From NCBI GenBank assembly GCA_024276825.1, contig JAJRWI010000010.1, positions 1-64,000 on the forward strand: a DNA stretch of 64,000 bases. Reading direction: 5' to 3'. The DNA is from an archaeon. Its GTDB lineage: Archaea; Asgardarchaeota; Thorarchaeia; Thorarchaeales; Thorarchaeaceae. The notes under the pieces were generated by a model, which was not told the origin of the DNA, made no database searches, and saw only the letters and a list, made by a program, of their open reading frames with translations. This document shows, in pieces, positions 9,178 to 19,500 of this stretch; position 1 is the stretch's first letter, and every line of letters begins with the position of its first letter. Both the position numbers and the translations under genes were made by a program.

Positions 9178-10302
9178 ATGGCAAATCGGATTGACAGTTC
9201 ATTTATTGAGAATTACTTCCCAACATTATCAAAGATGACTTATCTCAATAATGCATCAATGGGCATTCCACCAGTCACCATGGCAGATGCTATAAGTGAG
9301 TATATTCGGAACAGGATGAGGGCCGCTGGAAGCTTTGATCAGACCCTCGCTCTGCTCAAGGAAGACAGGATTCTTCTTGCCAGTCTTCTTGGTGGAAACT
9401 ATTCTCAATATGGGCTGGTGCCAAGCACATCCCAAGCAGTAAACTCCTTTGCACAGGCAATTGACTACCCAAATGGCAGTAATATTGTCATCTGCAACTT
9501 GGAGTTTCCCTCGAACTACATACCCTGGCAAAATGTCAGTAGGCTTTATGATGTTGAGCTTCGAGTGGTAAGAAGCAAGAACGGCGCAGCCACACCTGAG
9601 ATGTTCAAGGATCTTATTGACGAGAACACAAGAGTTGTAGCAGTAAGTCTTGTCCAATTCGCATCAGGTTTCAAGACAGATCTGAGGGAACTTGCAAATG
9701 CAGTTCATGAAGTGGGTGGTTATCTCTTCAGCGACATTATTCAGGCCGCGGGATGGGCAGATCTTGATCTTGTCAGGGAGAATGTTGACTGTGCAGCAGG
9801 ACAGGCAGCCAAGTGGCTATTAGGGCCAATTGGTGCTGGATACATCTATCTGAGAGAGGGGATTGAAGAGGACCTCACTCCAAGGTTTCTTGGATGGTGG
9901 GGTGTTGAGAAGCTTACAGAGTTCGAATACTTTGAGCGGGTACCATTGAAGGATGTGAGGATGTTTCAGGTTGGTTCTCCCGTTATGATGGCCTATGTTG
10001 GGCTGAAGGAGTCACTCAAGGTACTGCTTGAGATTCCCAATGACATTAGAGAGACTATTGCAATGAGCAATGCGGATTACTTGAGAGAAAGACTAAGTGA
10101 GGAAACAATTGATCATTATGATTTTGGAGAGAAATATAATTCAACGATTGTTTCATGCTCCTTGCCTGATGTTGAGAAAGTATTTGAGAGATTGACAAAA
10201 GAACAAGTTCATGTTTCCTTGAGGAATGGTCGTTTGAGAATATCACCACACTTCTATAACACTGAGGATGAGATAGAGCGCGTGATATCGCTGCTGAGGT
10301 AA
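9178..10302 (+). CDS. Aminotransferase class V PLP-dependent enzyme
   Basis: YLNNAS, EFPSN, DIIQAAG, AAKWLLGP, RISPHFYN; no catalytic Cys motif of NifS/SufS seen. Confidence 0.8.
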   Translation: MANRIDSSFIENYFPTLSKMTYLNNASMGIPPVTMADAISEYIRNRMRAAGSFDQTLALLKEDRILLASLLGGNYSQYGLVPSTSQAVNSFAQAIDYPNGSNIVICNLEFPSNYIPWQNVSRLYDVELRVVRSKNGAATPEMFKDLIDENTRVVAVSLVQFASGFKTDLRELANAVHEVGGYLFSDIIQAAGWADLDLVRENVDCAAGQAAKWLLGPIGAGYIYLREGIEEDLTPRFLGWWGVEKLTEFEYFERVPLKDVRMFQVGSPVMMAYVGLKESLKVLLEIPNDIRETIAMSNADYLRERLSEETIDHYDFGEKYNSTIVSCSLPDVEKVFERLTKEQVHVSLRNGRLRISPHFYNTEDEIERVISLLR

Positions 10303-10307
10303 GAAAC

Positions 10308-10988
10308 ATGTTTGAAACAATCGCCGACGGCATCCATGTTCTTGTGAGTAACAGCTTTGACTCAAACATCACCCACCTAGATTGTGGAGAGAGGCAGGTA
10401 CTGATTGATACTGGTACAGGGATGTACTCCCAGCAATTGGAGATGCAACTCTCAAAGATTGGGGCTTCAATATCAAAGATTACCGATGTGGTTCTCACCC
10501 ATAGCCATATTGATCATATTGGTGGGCTTGCTGTAATCCAGAAAGAAGCAGACCCCAAGATATACCTGCATGAGTGCGAGGCCAGCAGGATTAACTCTGG
10601 AGACATGAGGCTCACTCTGGCGAGTACATTCGGAGCGAGTCTTCCACCTATAAGGATTGAGGGGATACTTCACGAGGGCGATGTGATCGATCTTGGGGAG
10701 ATGAAACTGAGAGTGTTTAGTACTCCTGGCCATTCATGCGGCAGTGTGTGTCTTGAAGTACTCGACAGGAATGTGATAATCACAGGCGATACATTGTTTG
10801 CAGGGGGCAGTTTTGGAAGAGTCGATTTCCCAACTGGAGACCCCACCGAACTTGTAAACTCGTTGAAACGACTGGCTGAGATGGACTTTGCAATTGCGGT
10901 GCCAGGTCATATGGGTCTGATTCGTGGGGGAACGCGCCAAGCCGCTGTTGCATCATATGAGATGGCAAAAATAATGTTTAGAGTGTAA
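10308..10988 (+). CDS. Metallo-beta-lactamase fold hydrolase (glyoxalase II-like)
   Basis: THSHIDHIGG, TPGHS, TGDTLF, PGH motifs. Confidence 0.9.
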   Translation: MFETIADGIHVLVSNSFDSNITHLDCGERQVLIDTGTGMYSQQLEMQLSKIGASISKITDVVLTHSHIDHIGGLAVIQKEADPKIYLHECEASRINSGDMRLTLASTFGASLPPIRIEGILHEGDVIDLGEMKLRVFSTPGHSCGSVCLEVLDRNVIITGDTLFAGGSFGRVDFPTGDPTELVNSLKRLAEMDFAIAVPGHMGLIRGGTRQAAVASYEMAKIMFRV

Positions 10989-11964
10989 ATACTGTATCCA
11001 AAATCTCATCACTCACGACTCTTGAAATTACGGTTGCAACGCTTTTGGAGGAAGCCATTCTACTCTCGAATGCTTTGACAAGAGCATATATTATTTCACT
11101 GAATGGTGTTTCAATACCGTGCATTTGTGCAAGGCGAATGACCTCTCCTAAAATATAGTCGACCTCTGTCTTTTTTCCTGCCAGAATGTCCTGAAGCATC
11201 GAGTTCAGATTATCAGATGTGGCTTTTGCAGTTCCCAGCGTATACCTGATGGGATCATCAGTTGTGAGTCTGACGCCTAATGCATTTGCAACAGCAACCG
11301 CCTCTTCAACCAAGCGGATCACAAGCCCTCGTAGACGGTAATCTCTGTAAATCTCACCGTTTGTAAGGCCAGTCAATGCTGCAATGGGATTCAGACCACA
11401 GTTCACAATTGTCTTTGTCCAGACAACGCCCTCAATATTATCTGAGGTGTTAACCGCAAATCCTGCTTCCCGAAAGACAGCCGCAATCTTGTGGACCAAG
11501 TCATCATTTTCTGGATGGTGAGTTCCAATCTCAGTAAGACCCTTGCCCATAGCAACAACCAGACCAGGCTCTGTCAACTGTGCTCCTGCACAGGTTGTTC
11601 CACGGAGGATTCTCTTAGTCTGAAGTGCCTTCTCCACTCTGATCTCGGTTCCGAGACCATTCTGAAGACACATTATATATGATCCTGAGCTGGATAGGTG
11701 CTGGATCTGTTGAGCTGCAGTGACAGTATCGTAACTCTTGGTTGTGATTATGACAATGTCAGCTTGTGAAACTTCAGCTGGGTCTGTTATGGCATGGGGC
11801 TGTACTGTATAATCACCATAGGCTCCTCGTATTCTTAGTCCGGATTCGATTATTGCATTGACATGAGGCTCTCGTCCAATCAGGGTCACTTCATGACCTA
11901 ATTGTTGCAGTAGACCGCCGTATAGACTACCTATTGCACCAGCACCCATTACGACTATTTTCAA
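10978..11964 (-). CDS. panE: 2-dehydropantoate 2-reductase
   Basis: GAGAIG, TKSYD, LQNG, WTK..VN...N, SMLQD, TE motifs; located in the CoA cluster. Confidence 0.9.
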   Translation of the reverse strand: MKIVVMGAGAIGSLYGGLLQQLGHEVTLIGREPHVNAIIESGLRIRGAYGDYTVQPHAITDPAEVSQADIVIITTKSYDTVTAAQQIQHLSSSGSYIMCLQNGLGTEIRVEKALQTKRILRGTTCAGAQLTEPGLVVAMGKGLTEIGTHHPENDDLVHKIAAVFREAGFAVNTSDNIEGVVWTKTIVNCGLNPIAALTGLTNGEIYRDYRLRGLVIRLVEEAVAVANALGVRLTTDDPIRYTLGTAKATSDNLNSMLQDILAGKKTEVDYILGEVIRLAQMHGIETPFSEIIYALVKAFESRMASSKSVATVISRVVSDEILDTVFTL

Positions 11965-12752
11965 TTAAAAGCCTCCTTTGCAATGTATTCATTGCCTGCC
12001 CTTTGTTTCAGATTCTCAATTATCAGTTGGATGGATTCTCTAAGATTGTCACTGTTGTTGAACTCTTTGATGAGTGCTTCGAGACGTTCTCTTGTCCAAG
12101 ACCTCATCTCTTTGGCGTATTTCACCATAAGTGGCATGCATCTCACAACATTGTCAACGATGGTGATATTGGAATATACAGCGGTCCTGCTCATCGGATT
12201 GAGATCTATTGTTACAACGAATTTGCCAACTTTCCGAAGGGCCTCCGTACGATCGCCATCTTCGAGAGGAACAAGTACCCAGTCAGCCTTTCCAATGCCA
12301 TCGGGGTCAACCTTGCGACGGTTGCTGGAGAGTTCGGGGATGGTCTCAGATGGCCTATCATGAGTGCCAAGCACCCTCTCAGCGCCCGCTTCTTGAAGAG
12401 CCTTGAGGATTGCATCCTCGCGCTCCTTGCGATAATAGAAGAGATTAATCTCTAGAGGGGCATTAGTCAGTTTTGATAGTCTAACTAGGTCTTCTGGAAC
12501 TAGAGAACAAACGTTACCATTAACGCTGATAACAGGGCTACGGGCAAGAAGCATTGATGCCACTGCTGCGCGGGTCGCTCTCTCTGCAAGCTCTGTTGTG
12601 GCCTCTCCAATAAAGTAGTCAAAGGCCTCTCCGCGCCCATGAGCCAGAAGTCCTGCAGTCGCCACAATTGACGCCTGATGTCCTTCAATAATCTTCTCGC
12701 GGATCTCGAGGGACACACGCCTTGGATGGTCTGGAGGAATCTCAATGCCCAT
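11961..12752 (-). CDS. pps: 4-phosphopantoate--beta-alanine ligase (phosphopantothenate synthetase)
   Basis: IPPDHPR, AHGRGEAFDY, ISVNGN, VPLEDGDR, DLNP.SRT; start revised to ATG 12752. Confidence 0.92.
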   Translation of the reverse strand: MGIEIPPDHPRRVSLEIREKIIEGHQASIVATAGLLAHGRGEAFDYFIGEATTELAERATRAAVASMLLARSPVISVNGNVCSLVPEDLVRLSKLTNAPLEINLFYYRKEREDAILKALQEAGAERVLGTHDRPSETIPELSSNRRKVDPDGIGKADWVLVPLEDGDRTEALRKVGKFVVTIDLNPMSRTAVYSNITIVDNVVRCMPLMVKYAKEMRSWTRERLEALIKEFNNSDNLRESIQLIIENLKQRAGNEYIAKEAFN

Positions 12753-12753
12753 C

Positions 12754-13683
12754 TTAGATAACCCTCCCACCAGTTGATTCAATTGTGGTGACAAGAATCT
12801 CATGCTTTGACCAGTACTTGTTGAGTATTCTTGTCGCCATGTCAGTGTGGTCATCGTCGCAAAAGCAGAAGATGGAGTCACCCAGCATAACCATGCTCGA
12901 GTCTGCAAGATGATTGTCTTCAAGGTCTTGAAGAGCCTTCTTTACTCGGACAGTCATTAGGCCAGTGAGTGCTGAGAATTCACGAGAACATTCGATGAAT
13001 CTTTCAAAAGTAGGCTCTTCTATCAGTCGCTTTGCAATCATGTCCCCTGCCCTATTAATCCGCTCTCTGCTCACAGGATCGCTTAGGACCTCACTTGTTT
13101 CAAGACCTGGGGAACCTGCTAGAGTGACATTAAGAGGCTCAGAGAAGGGGATATTTCTTGTTTCACCTATTCCGGGAGCTCCAGGACTCACCCTGATCTC
13201 AATTCCGCCAGAGAACTGAGCTATAACATCACCGAGTCCGGTTCTGTTCTTCACTTCAGCGACATGCGCAAATTGGGCGGCTCGAATGTGATCAAAATGA
13301 CTGTCTAAGGCCTGATTCATTGCTAGTGCTGTTCCAAGAGCGCCAGCCCCCGATGCGCCAAAACCAACACCTATGGGCAGCTCTGAGTCATGCTGGACCG
13401 TTGCTTTGTAAGACTGCCCGTATTCTTGGCTCATCAGTTCTATCACCGCTCTTGTCACTTGACCTTCTATCTGCACGCCATTGTATCTCACTATCACCTC
13501 TGGAGAATCAACTGCTTCCAAGGTGACTCTTGTAATCGTTCCGGAACCTATCGAGAAACCAGCACCAATGGAGCCACGACGCAACGGGTCGTCATCTAGG
13601 TCATATATCCTAAACAACCCTGTGATGTGTCCGGGTACAAAAGATCTACCCGTTCTAGTGGCTTCAATCAACGTACTGGTCAA
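12754..13683 (-). CDS. pok: Pantoate kinase (GHMP family)
   Basis: FVPGHITG, GSIGAG, PIGVGFGASGAGAL, AHVAEV, TGLGDV; TTG start at 13683 inferred from an upstream GAGG. Confidence 0.9.
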   Translation of the reverse strand: MTSTLIEATRTGRSFVPGHITGLFRIYDLDDDPLRRGSIGAGFSIGSGTITRVTLEAVDSPEVIVRYNGVQIEGQVTRAVIELMSQEYGQSYKATVQHDSELPIGVGFGASGAGALGTALAMNQALDSHFDHIRAAQFAHVAEVKNRTGLGDVIAQFSGGIEIRVSPGAPGIGETRNIPFSEPLNVTLAGSPGLETSEVLSDPVSRERINRAGDMIAKRLIEEPTFERFIECSREFSALTGLMTVRVKKALQDLEDNHLADSSMVMLGDSIFCFCDDDHTDMATRILNKYWSKHEILVTTIESTGGRVI

Positions 13684-13772
13684 GTGAACCCTCTCGGGAC
13701 AGTCTATATAGTTTTTCAATAGATAAACGGATATAATGGTATTTAATGGTATATGTATATATTTTCATCTTT

Positions 13773-14609
13773 TTACTTTGAAAGGGGAACTAAACTTGTG
13801 TACTGCTTTACTCTAGGGTCATCAGAAGGCTCGCATGGAAATGCCCATCTTGCATCAATGTCTCGTCCACTGAGGTCAAATACATTGAATGATCCCGAAG
13901 ACCATGTGAGGGGACTGAATCCCAGGAGAAGAGTCTGCGTCCGCCAGCTTGTGACAACAAGATGCTTATTCATGTCAACCGTAGGAACAACGAGAAAGAC
14001 ATTAGAGAGTTCCATTAATAGAGAGGTGCTGATTCTGTAAAAGAAGCTATAGATTTTTCTGTGCTCTTCTGCACCTTGCTCACGAAGATCATTCAGATAT
14101 CTGGATATGGTTTCATCATGAACTGCAGGATCAAGGACATCTGAGAGCGTTTCCACATCAACAACTACAGCAGCCTCAAAATAATAGGCCAATGGAAACT
14201 CAGTAATGTGAAAAATCACGAACTTGTCCTTTGTGATGACATCATAAAGAAACTGAAAGATCTGTTGTTTTGAGTACAATTGTGAAGGGTCGATCTTGGC
14301 GGGCTTGAAGTGTTTTGCTGAAACAGAAATGACAAGTCGGAACATATCATCGAGCATGTCACCGTCATAACCAATACGAACAACATGGTAAGGTAGCTCA
14401 TTGGAGTCTGGAGGCACCATATTATAGAGCTTGAGAAAATCATTGAAATCTGTGAGAAATGTATCCACTTCATTATCGTTGTCCACTACAAAAAGGGATT
14501 GACTTGGGGTTCCAAAAGCATCCACCACTTGTTTGTAGGCCTGAAAACGCGTCTTCTTCTCAGGACTGAGAGTTCTCGCCTTTGTTTCCCAGTCTGAGGA
14601 GGCGTTCAA
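13773..14609 (-). CDS. Hypothetical protein
   Basis: 278-aa ORF with a GGTGGTGA RBS-like motif; no recognised motif. Confidence 0.65.
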   Translation of the reverse strand: MNASSDWETKARTLSPEKKTRFQAYKQVVDAFGTPSQSLFVVDNDNEVDTFLTDFNDFLKLYNMVPPDSNELPYHVVRIGYDGDMLDDMFRLVISVSAKHFKPAKIDPSQLYSKQQIFQFLYDVITKDKFVIFHITEFPLAYYFEAAVVVDVETLSDVLDPAVHDETISRYLNDLREQGAEEHRKIYSFFYRISTSLLMELSNVFLVVPTVDMNKHLVVTSWRTQTLLLGFSPLTWSSGSFNVFDLSGRDIDARWAFPCEPSDDPRVKQYTSLVPLSK

Positions 14610-14807
14610 TCTTATTCACCCACCACTTGCGAAATTCTACGGTGTTTGACAAGTCCCGGCATTTTCACATAATATGATATCATCTGAACATGCACTTTAC
14701 GAGTATTGAACAAGTTATTTCCCACTCATATATCCTTCGAATGCAGGAGCAATCAGGAAGGTCATTATTTATGTGTGTTTGGAACATCAAAATGTCAGGT
14801 CACAACC

Positions 14808-16049
14808 TTGTTCGAGCACACATCAAAACTGATTATGGGATCGAGAAGCACGGTATTAGAGGGAAGGAAGATCGTTCTTTGTGTCACAGGAAGTGTTGCT
14901 GCTGTGGAGTGTGTGGCAATAGCCAGAGGACTTATGCGACATGGTGCGGAAGTGTTTGCTGTCATGTCTGACATGGCTCAGAAGATCATTCATCCATATC
15001 TACTTGAATGGGCCACTGGAAATCCTGTTGTGACCAGTCTAACAGGACAAATAGAGCATGTTGCCCTTGCAGGAAAACACAAGGATCATGCAGATCTAAT
15101 CTTAGTGGCTCCTGCCACGGCGAACACTATTGGAAAGATGGCGCATGCCATTGATGACACACCAGTGACCACAACACTGTCATCTGCAATTGGAGCAGGG
15201 ATCCCAATTATCGTTGTGCCTGCCATGCATGCCTCGATGTATGACCACCCTGGTGTCATTGAGAACATAGAGAAGCTCAGAGAGATGGGAGTAAGAGTCC
15301 TTGCCCCAAGAAGAGAAGAAGCCAAGGCAAAGATTCCCAAGACAGAAACAATCATTGATCAAGTGATCGCAGCGTTGACACCTAATGATTTGGAAGGAAG
15401 ACATTTTGTCATTACTGCAGGGCCCACAAGAGGGTGGATTGACAGGGTCAGATTTGTCACAAACCCCAGCACAGGAAAGATGGGAATCGAGATAGCAAAG
15501 GAACTCACAGCAAGAGGCGCTAGTGTAACACTTGTCATTGGACCCACTGCACAAGAGCCTCCTGACAATGTGGAGATAAGGCATGTGCAGACATCAGAAG
15601 AGATGCTAGAGACTGTACTCGATTCAATCTCACAGAGAGAAACCTATGGATTCATCTCGGCTGCTGCTGTCTTGGACTACGTGCCTGAAGATACCATAGA
15701 AAAGAAGATAGAGTCTGGAAAGAGCGAATTATTAATACGATTAAGGCCCACGAAAAAGATCATTGAAGAAGTGAGAGAGAAGTTTAAAGACATTCTCATA
15801 GTTGGTTTCAAAGTCGAATCAGATGTTACCGATGAGGAATTAGAGAGAGCGGCATTGTCAAAGATTGACAAGGGAATATGTGACTATGTAGTTGCAAATG
15901 ATGCTCATCGAGAGGGCGTGGCTTTTGGAACTGATACTAATGAGGTGCTCATTGTGGGACCGAAGGGCACCATAGAAAAAGTACCCTTGTCATCAAAACG
16001 AGTTGTGGCAAAGCATGTTGTTGATATTATTGCTGCGCATAGAAAGTAG
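14808..16049 (+). CDS. coaBC: Bifunctional phosphopantothenoylcysteine decarboxylase/phosphopantothenate--cysteine ligase
   Basis: TGSVAA, APATANTIGK, PAMH..M, TAGPT, TN.STGKMG, AAAVLDY, VGFK, VAND; TTG start at 14808 inferred. Confidence 0.92.
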   Translation: MFEHTSKLIMGSRSTVLEGRKIVLCVTGSVAAVECVAIARGLMRHGAEVFAVMSDMAQKIIHPYLLEWATGNPVVTSLTGQIEHVALAGKHKDHADLILVAPATANTIGKMAHAIDDTPVTTTLSSAIGAGIPIIVVPAMHASMYDHPGVIENIEKLREMGVRVLAPRREEAKAKIPKTETIIDQVIAALTPNDLEGRHFVITAGPTRGWIDRVRFVTNPSTGKMGIEIAKELTARGASVTLVIGPTAQEPPDNVEIRHVQTSEEMLETVLDSISQRETYGFISAAAVLDYVPEDTIEKKIESGKSELLIRLRPTKKIIEEVREKFKDILIVGFKVESDVTDEELERAALSKIDKGICDYVVANDAHREGVAFGTDTNEVLIVGPKGTIEKVPLSSKRVVAKHVVDIIAAHRK

Positions 16050-16070
16050 AAATGATTAATCACTGAAACT

Positions 16071-16433
16071 CTAGAGAATCTCTACAAGACTCTCGGCCAT
16101 CCTCTTCATGTCTACGAAAATTAGGCCGAGTTGTGCATCTGCTTTCGCCAGGACAAGGAGAAGTGCGTTATCGCCCACAGAGGTCATCAATGTATAGCCC
16201 TTTGCACCTTTGACGTATATCTCTTGTAGAGTTCCACGATCAAGCTCTCCAGTGGCCTTCTCCCCAAGGGAAAGGATAGCTGCGCTTATTGCCGCGACTC
16301 GTTCCAACTCGCTCTCTGGCAGAGCAGAGGAGATTGGAAGTCCATCTCTGGACACCAGTGCGGCACCCTCAACTCCAGGAACGGTTTCGAAGTCACGAAT
16401 TATCGAATTGATCTTATCGACACGACTTGACAT
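16071..16433 (-). CDS. Roadblock/LC7 (MglB-like) protein
   Basis: GVEGAALVSRDGLPI, RVAAISAAILSLGE, LGLIF motifs. Confidence 0.9.
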   Translation of the reverse strand: MSSRVDKINSIIRDFETVPGVEGAALVSRDGLPISSALPESELERVAAISAAILSLGEKATGELDRGTLQEIYVKGAKGYTLMTSVGDNALLLVLAKADAQLGLIFVDMKRMAESLVEIL

Positions 16434-16533
16434 AATAATCATCCCTCAGGGCAATAGAAACAACGCAGGAGAGAGGATTTAAAGCTTTGTTGGGTGCAGA
16501 TGCAAAAAATGGCATGTTTTGCGCATTTCAAGG

Positions 16534-19500
16534 TCAATCCTCGAAGACTTCACGAAGGTCTATCTCTTCATCTTGCTTGCGTCGTCGCTGAAGTTCTGCA
16601 GCAGACACAGCACGACCACCACGGGATATTATACTCTCGCCCCGTCTGCGCTTCAAAAATGCATATGCGACAATGGAGGTGACAAAGATTCCACCTACAA
16701 TCAGGATAATCAGGATTGGAGATGACTTAATCCGAAGGAAATCTATGAGGACTATAGTGAGCGTGTCGTAGCTGGCTTTCTGAGCATGTATCCTTAGTGA
16801 ATATACTCCAACATGACCATTCGTCCAGCTCTCGGGAAGAAGTACGGTAAACACCCCTTGCGAGGTCTCTTCAACGGTGAACTCGGTTTCATTCAACCAA
16901 GCACTTACAGATGCCTCTGTAATGGGGTTCCCAATAAGGTCTGAGAGCTCCATTGTGATAGTCACGCGATCACCCTCCCAGATTATCACCTCACTCAAAA
17001 GCACAGACTTGAGAATAATGCTGGGTTGCTCGACCCATGCAACAGCATTCTGCAGATACTCATTAATCGCATCAGATCCAGGATTAATGGTACTGAGTGC
17101 AATTTTCCCAGAACCAATTGTAGAGGTGACAAAAACAGGGTTGCTGCCATCAGCAGCAAGGACCGTGAAGTTCTCCCAGAGTGATGAGAAGTAGCCCTGA
17201 AAGGCCACTGAACTGCTGAGTGTGTTTGGCGTTGTCAGGATAGGATGTAAGGGATCCACAAAAGTGACCGAGTTCCCAGATCCACTGCTAACCGTCAAAG
17301 GCCATGGCAACCAGCTCATGTTGGAGGGCACACCAAAAATAACCATTACTCCACCATATGTTATGTATTTCTGAATATCATCAGAGGCCATGAGGAAGTC
17401 ATTAATTAATGCTGAAGACATTCCGGGTTCGACAATTACGTTCTTTCTTGCGCATAGCAGGCTCACAAATTGAGAGAAGTTGGAATCACTGAAGAACTCA
17501 AACTCGGCACCTATCCCAGAGAGAATTGTAGGCAAGAGGTTACTGAAACCAACAGCAGCAATCTCCGGAACACCATTGCCCGGTGTATGGGTTCCAAAGG
17601 CTGATGTTAGCGGGTCAACCGCATCGATATGAGGGGTTGTTGATGGGTTGTAAAGGTGGATCTCGGGATCACCGTATAATACATGCTGGTTCGCATAGTC
17701 TCTTGGATCATAGGGCCATGGGTTCGTATAGTCAATTGATGTCAGCCTGAGCCCCAGCCTTAAAGACTCGCCAGTTGAATTGCCGGCAACTAGACTATCG
17801 GTGAATACTACTTCCAATAATCCTGCAGGAGTGAAATATACAGTACGCGGAGATGCAACGACACCTACTGCACCGCGCTCCATCATTGCAAGTGGGAATT
17901 TCGAGCCGCCAAGAAGACATGCAGTGATGTGCACGATTGTCGACCCCATCTTTCCAACATTCGCCATGAAGTCGTCCGTTGTTGTCAGAACGTGATGTGC
18001 TCGCTCTTCCGGGTAAATGTATGGATTAACAAGATAATTGCCATCAGCATCCCTCTTATCGGTGGTTTCAAAGCCATATGCGGCATCTTGGTCCCGCAAG
18101 GAGAATATTCCGAGTCCATCTGGCCGCTTTGGAGGATCTGTTGGCAGGACGGTTAATGTGCCATGGGTACTGATCAGCCATAATGACACCTGATTATTGA
18201 GAGACTCAAACACCTCATTAACACCAATGTGAGACTCAATATTAAGACCCATCGACTCAACGGCAGTTGCCAAGTCATCGACCTGATAGAGCGTATGAAC
18301 ATTGTTCAGATTGTCTGCAACAGGGTAACCATAAGTATACGCATATTGAGTGAGGAGTGCAGAGTCAGCAGAGTTTGCAGTGAGGGACAGAAAGCGATGA
18401 AGGATTGCCCGATCAATCATTACCGAGGCGGAAGAGGGGTTCTTTGCGGGGATTCTGCCGGGTCTGTAGTGACTGATTAAGGAGCGGTCAAAGCTGACCT
18501 TGAGGGGCACATCAGGAGAAACGATAAGTACGCTCTGCGGCACGGACTCATTATATGCACCACGATCTTCAAGAAAAGCATCAAAGTCAGAGGAGGCCTT
18601 GGTCATTGAGAACGTGTTGGGGATACGCTCATCATACCAACCGTTCTCGGCCCGAGATGTAAATTTGTCCACAAGATAGACCTCAATCTCAGGACCTATC
18701 AGGTAAGGGGCCCAGGTTTCCTCAGCACGCGTTGTCATCTCATTGTTGTTGCCGCACAGGGAGAACACAGGAGCACCGTGGAATGCGCCAGCAAGAGCAG
18801 AGGGTGCAAAGAACTCATCGCCATTACCCATAGGAATTGTGATTATGACATCATTTTCAGATGACAATGACTTGATGAATGCTGACACTGCAGGGTAGTT
18901 GCTCAGATTGACAAAGATGGGATAAGTCGAGAGGGAGGTTTCAAGAGAGGGGCTATGTAGGTTCATGGGGTCAACGAATATGATGTTGCTTGCACCCAAT
19001 CGGTCTAGGGCCCATTGGGTGACTTCTGGGACACTGTCTTCGGAAACATATAGCAAGGGGGAGTTCAATAATGACGCAATCACAGCGCCATTAGCGGCCG
19101 ACTCCATGTAACCCTGAATGTCAGGGTCAATTGTAGAGATCTTCCATTTCAGATCAACATTGTTTTGCTCGGTTGTTGCATCCATCCAAGCCACAACAAC
19201 CGTCCACTCGCCAGCCATTGGATTGGGGAAGTTTATGGTTTCACCACCAAGCTGAGAGAGTGTGCTGCCTGTGGGTGCCCACGCCACCATTCTGCCCGTT
19301 GGGTCGACAAGCGCCATGTTGATGTCTGTTGCGGCATTGTCCCATGATAAGCTTAAATTCAACCAGTTCGCATTCGATGGTACTTCGATATTATGGCGGA
19401 AACCCGGATGCAACCAGACCTTGCAGTCGAGGGGAATATCAGCGAGCAACGGGGGGGTGGGATATACCACCATGTTCCATTCACCAGGAACCACATTAGG

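Noticed and set aside
9178-10302. Selenocysteine lyase/cysteine desulfurase linked to selD
   Set aside because: Lacks the catalytic Cys loop (RxGxHC or SxGSAC) and is not adjacent to selD.
12753-12923. N-terminal extensions of PPS (likewise coaBC, lysS, the CDP-alcohol transferase and rpl13e) in the ORF track
   Set aside because: They overlap upstream genes or promoter regions; family homology begins at downstream starts.
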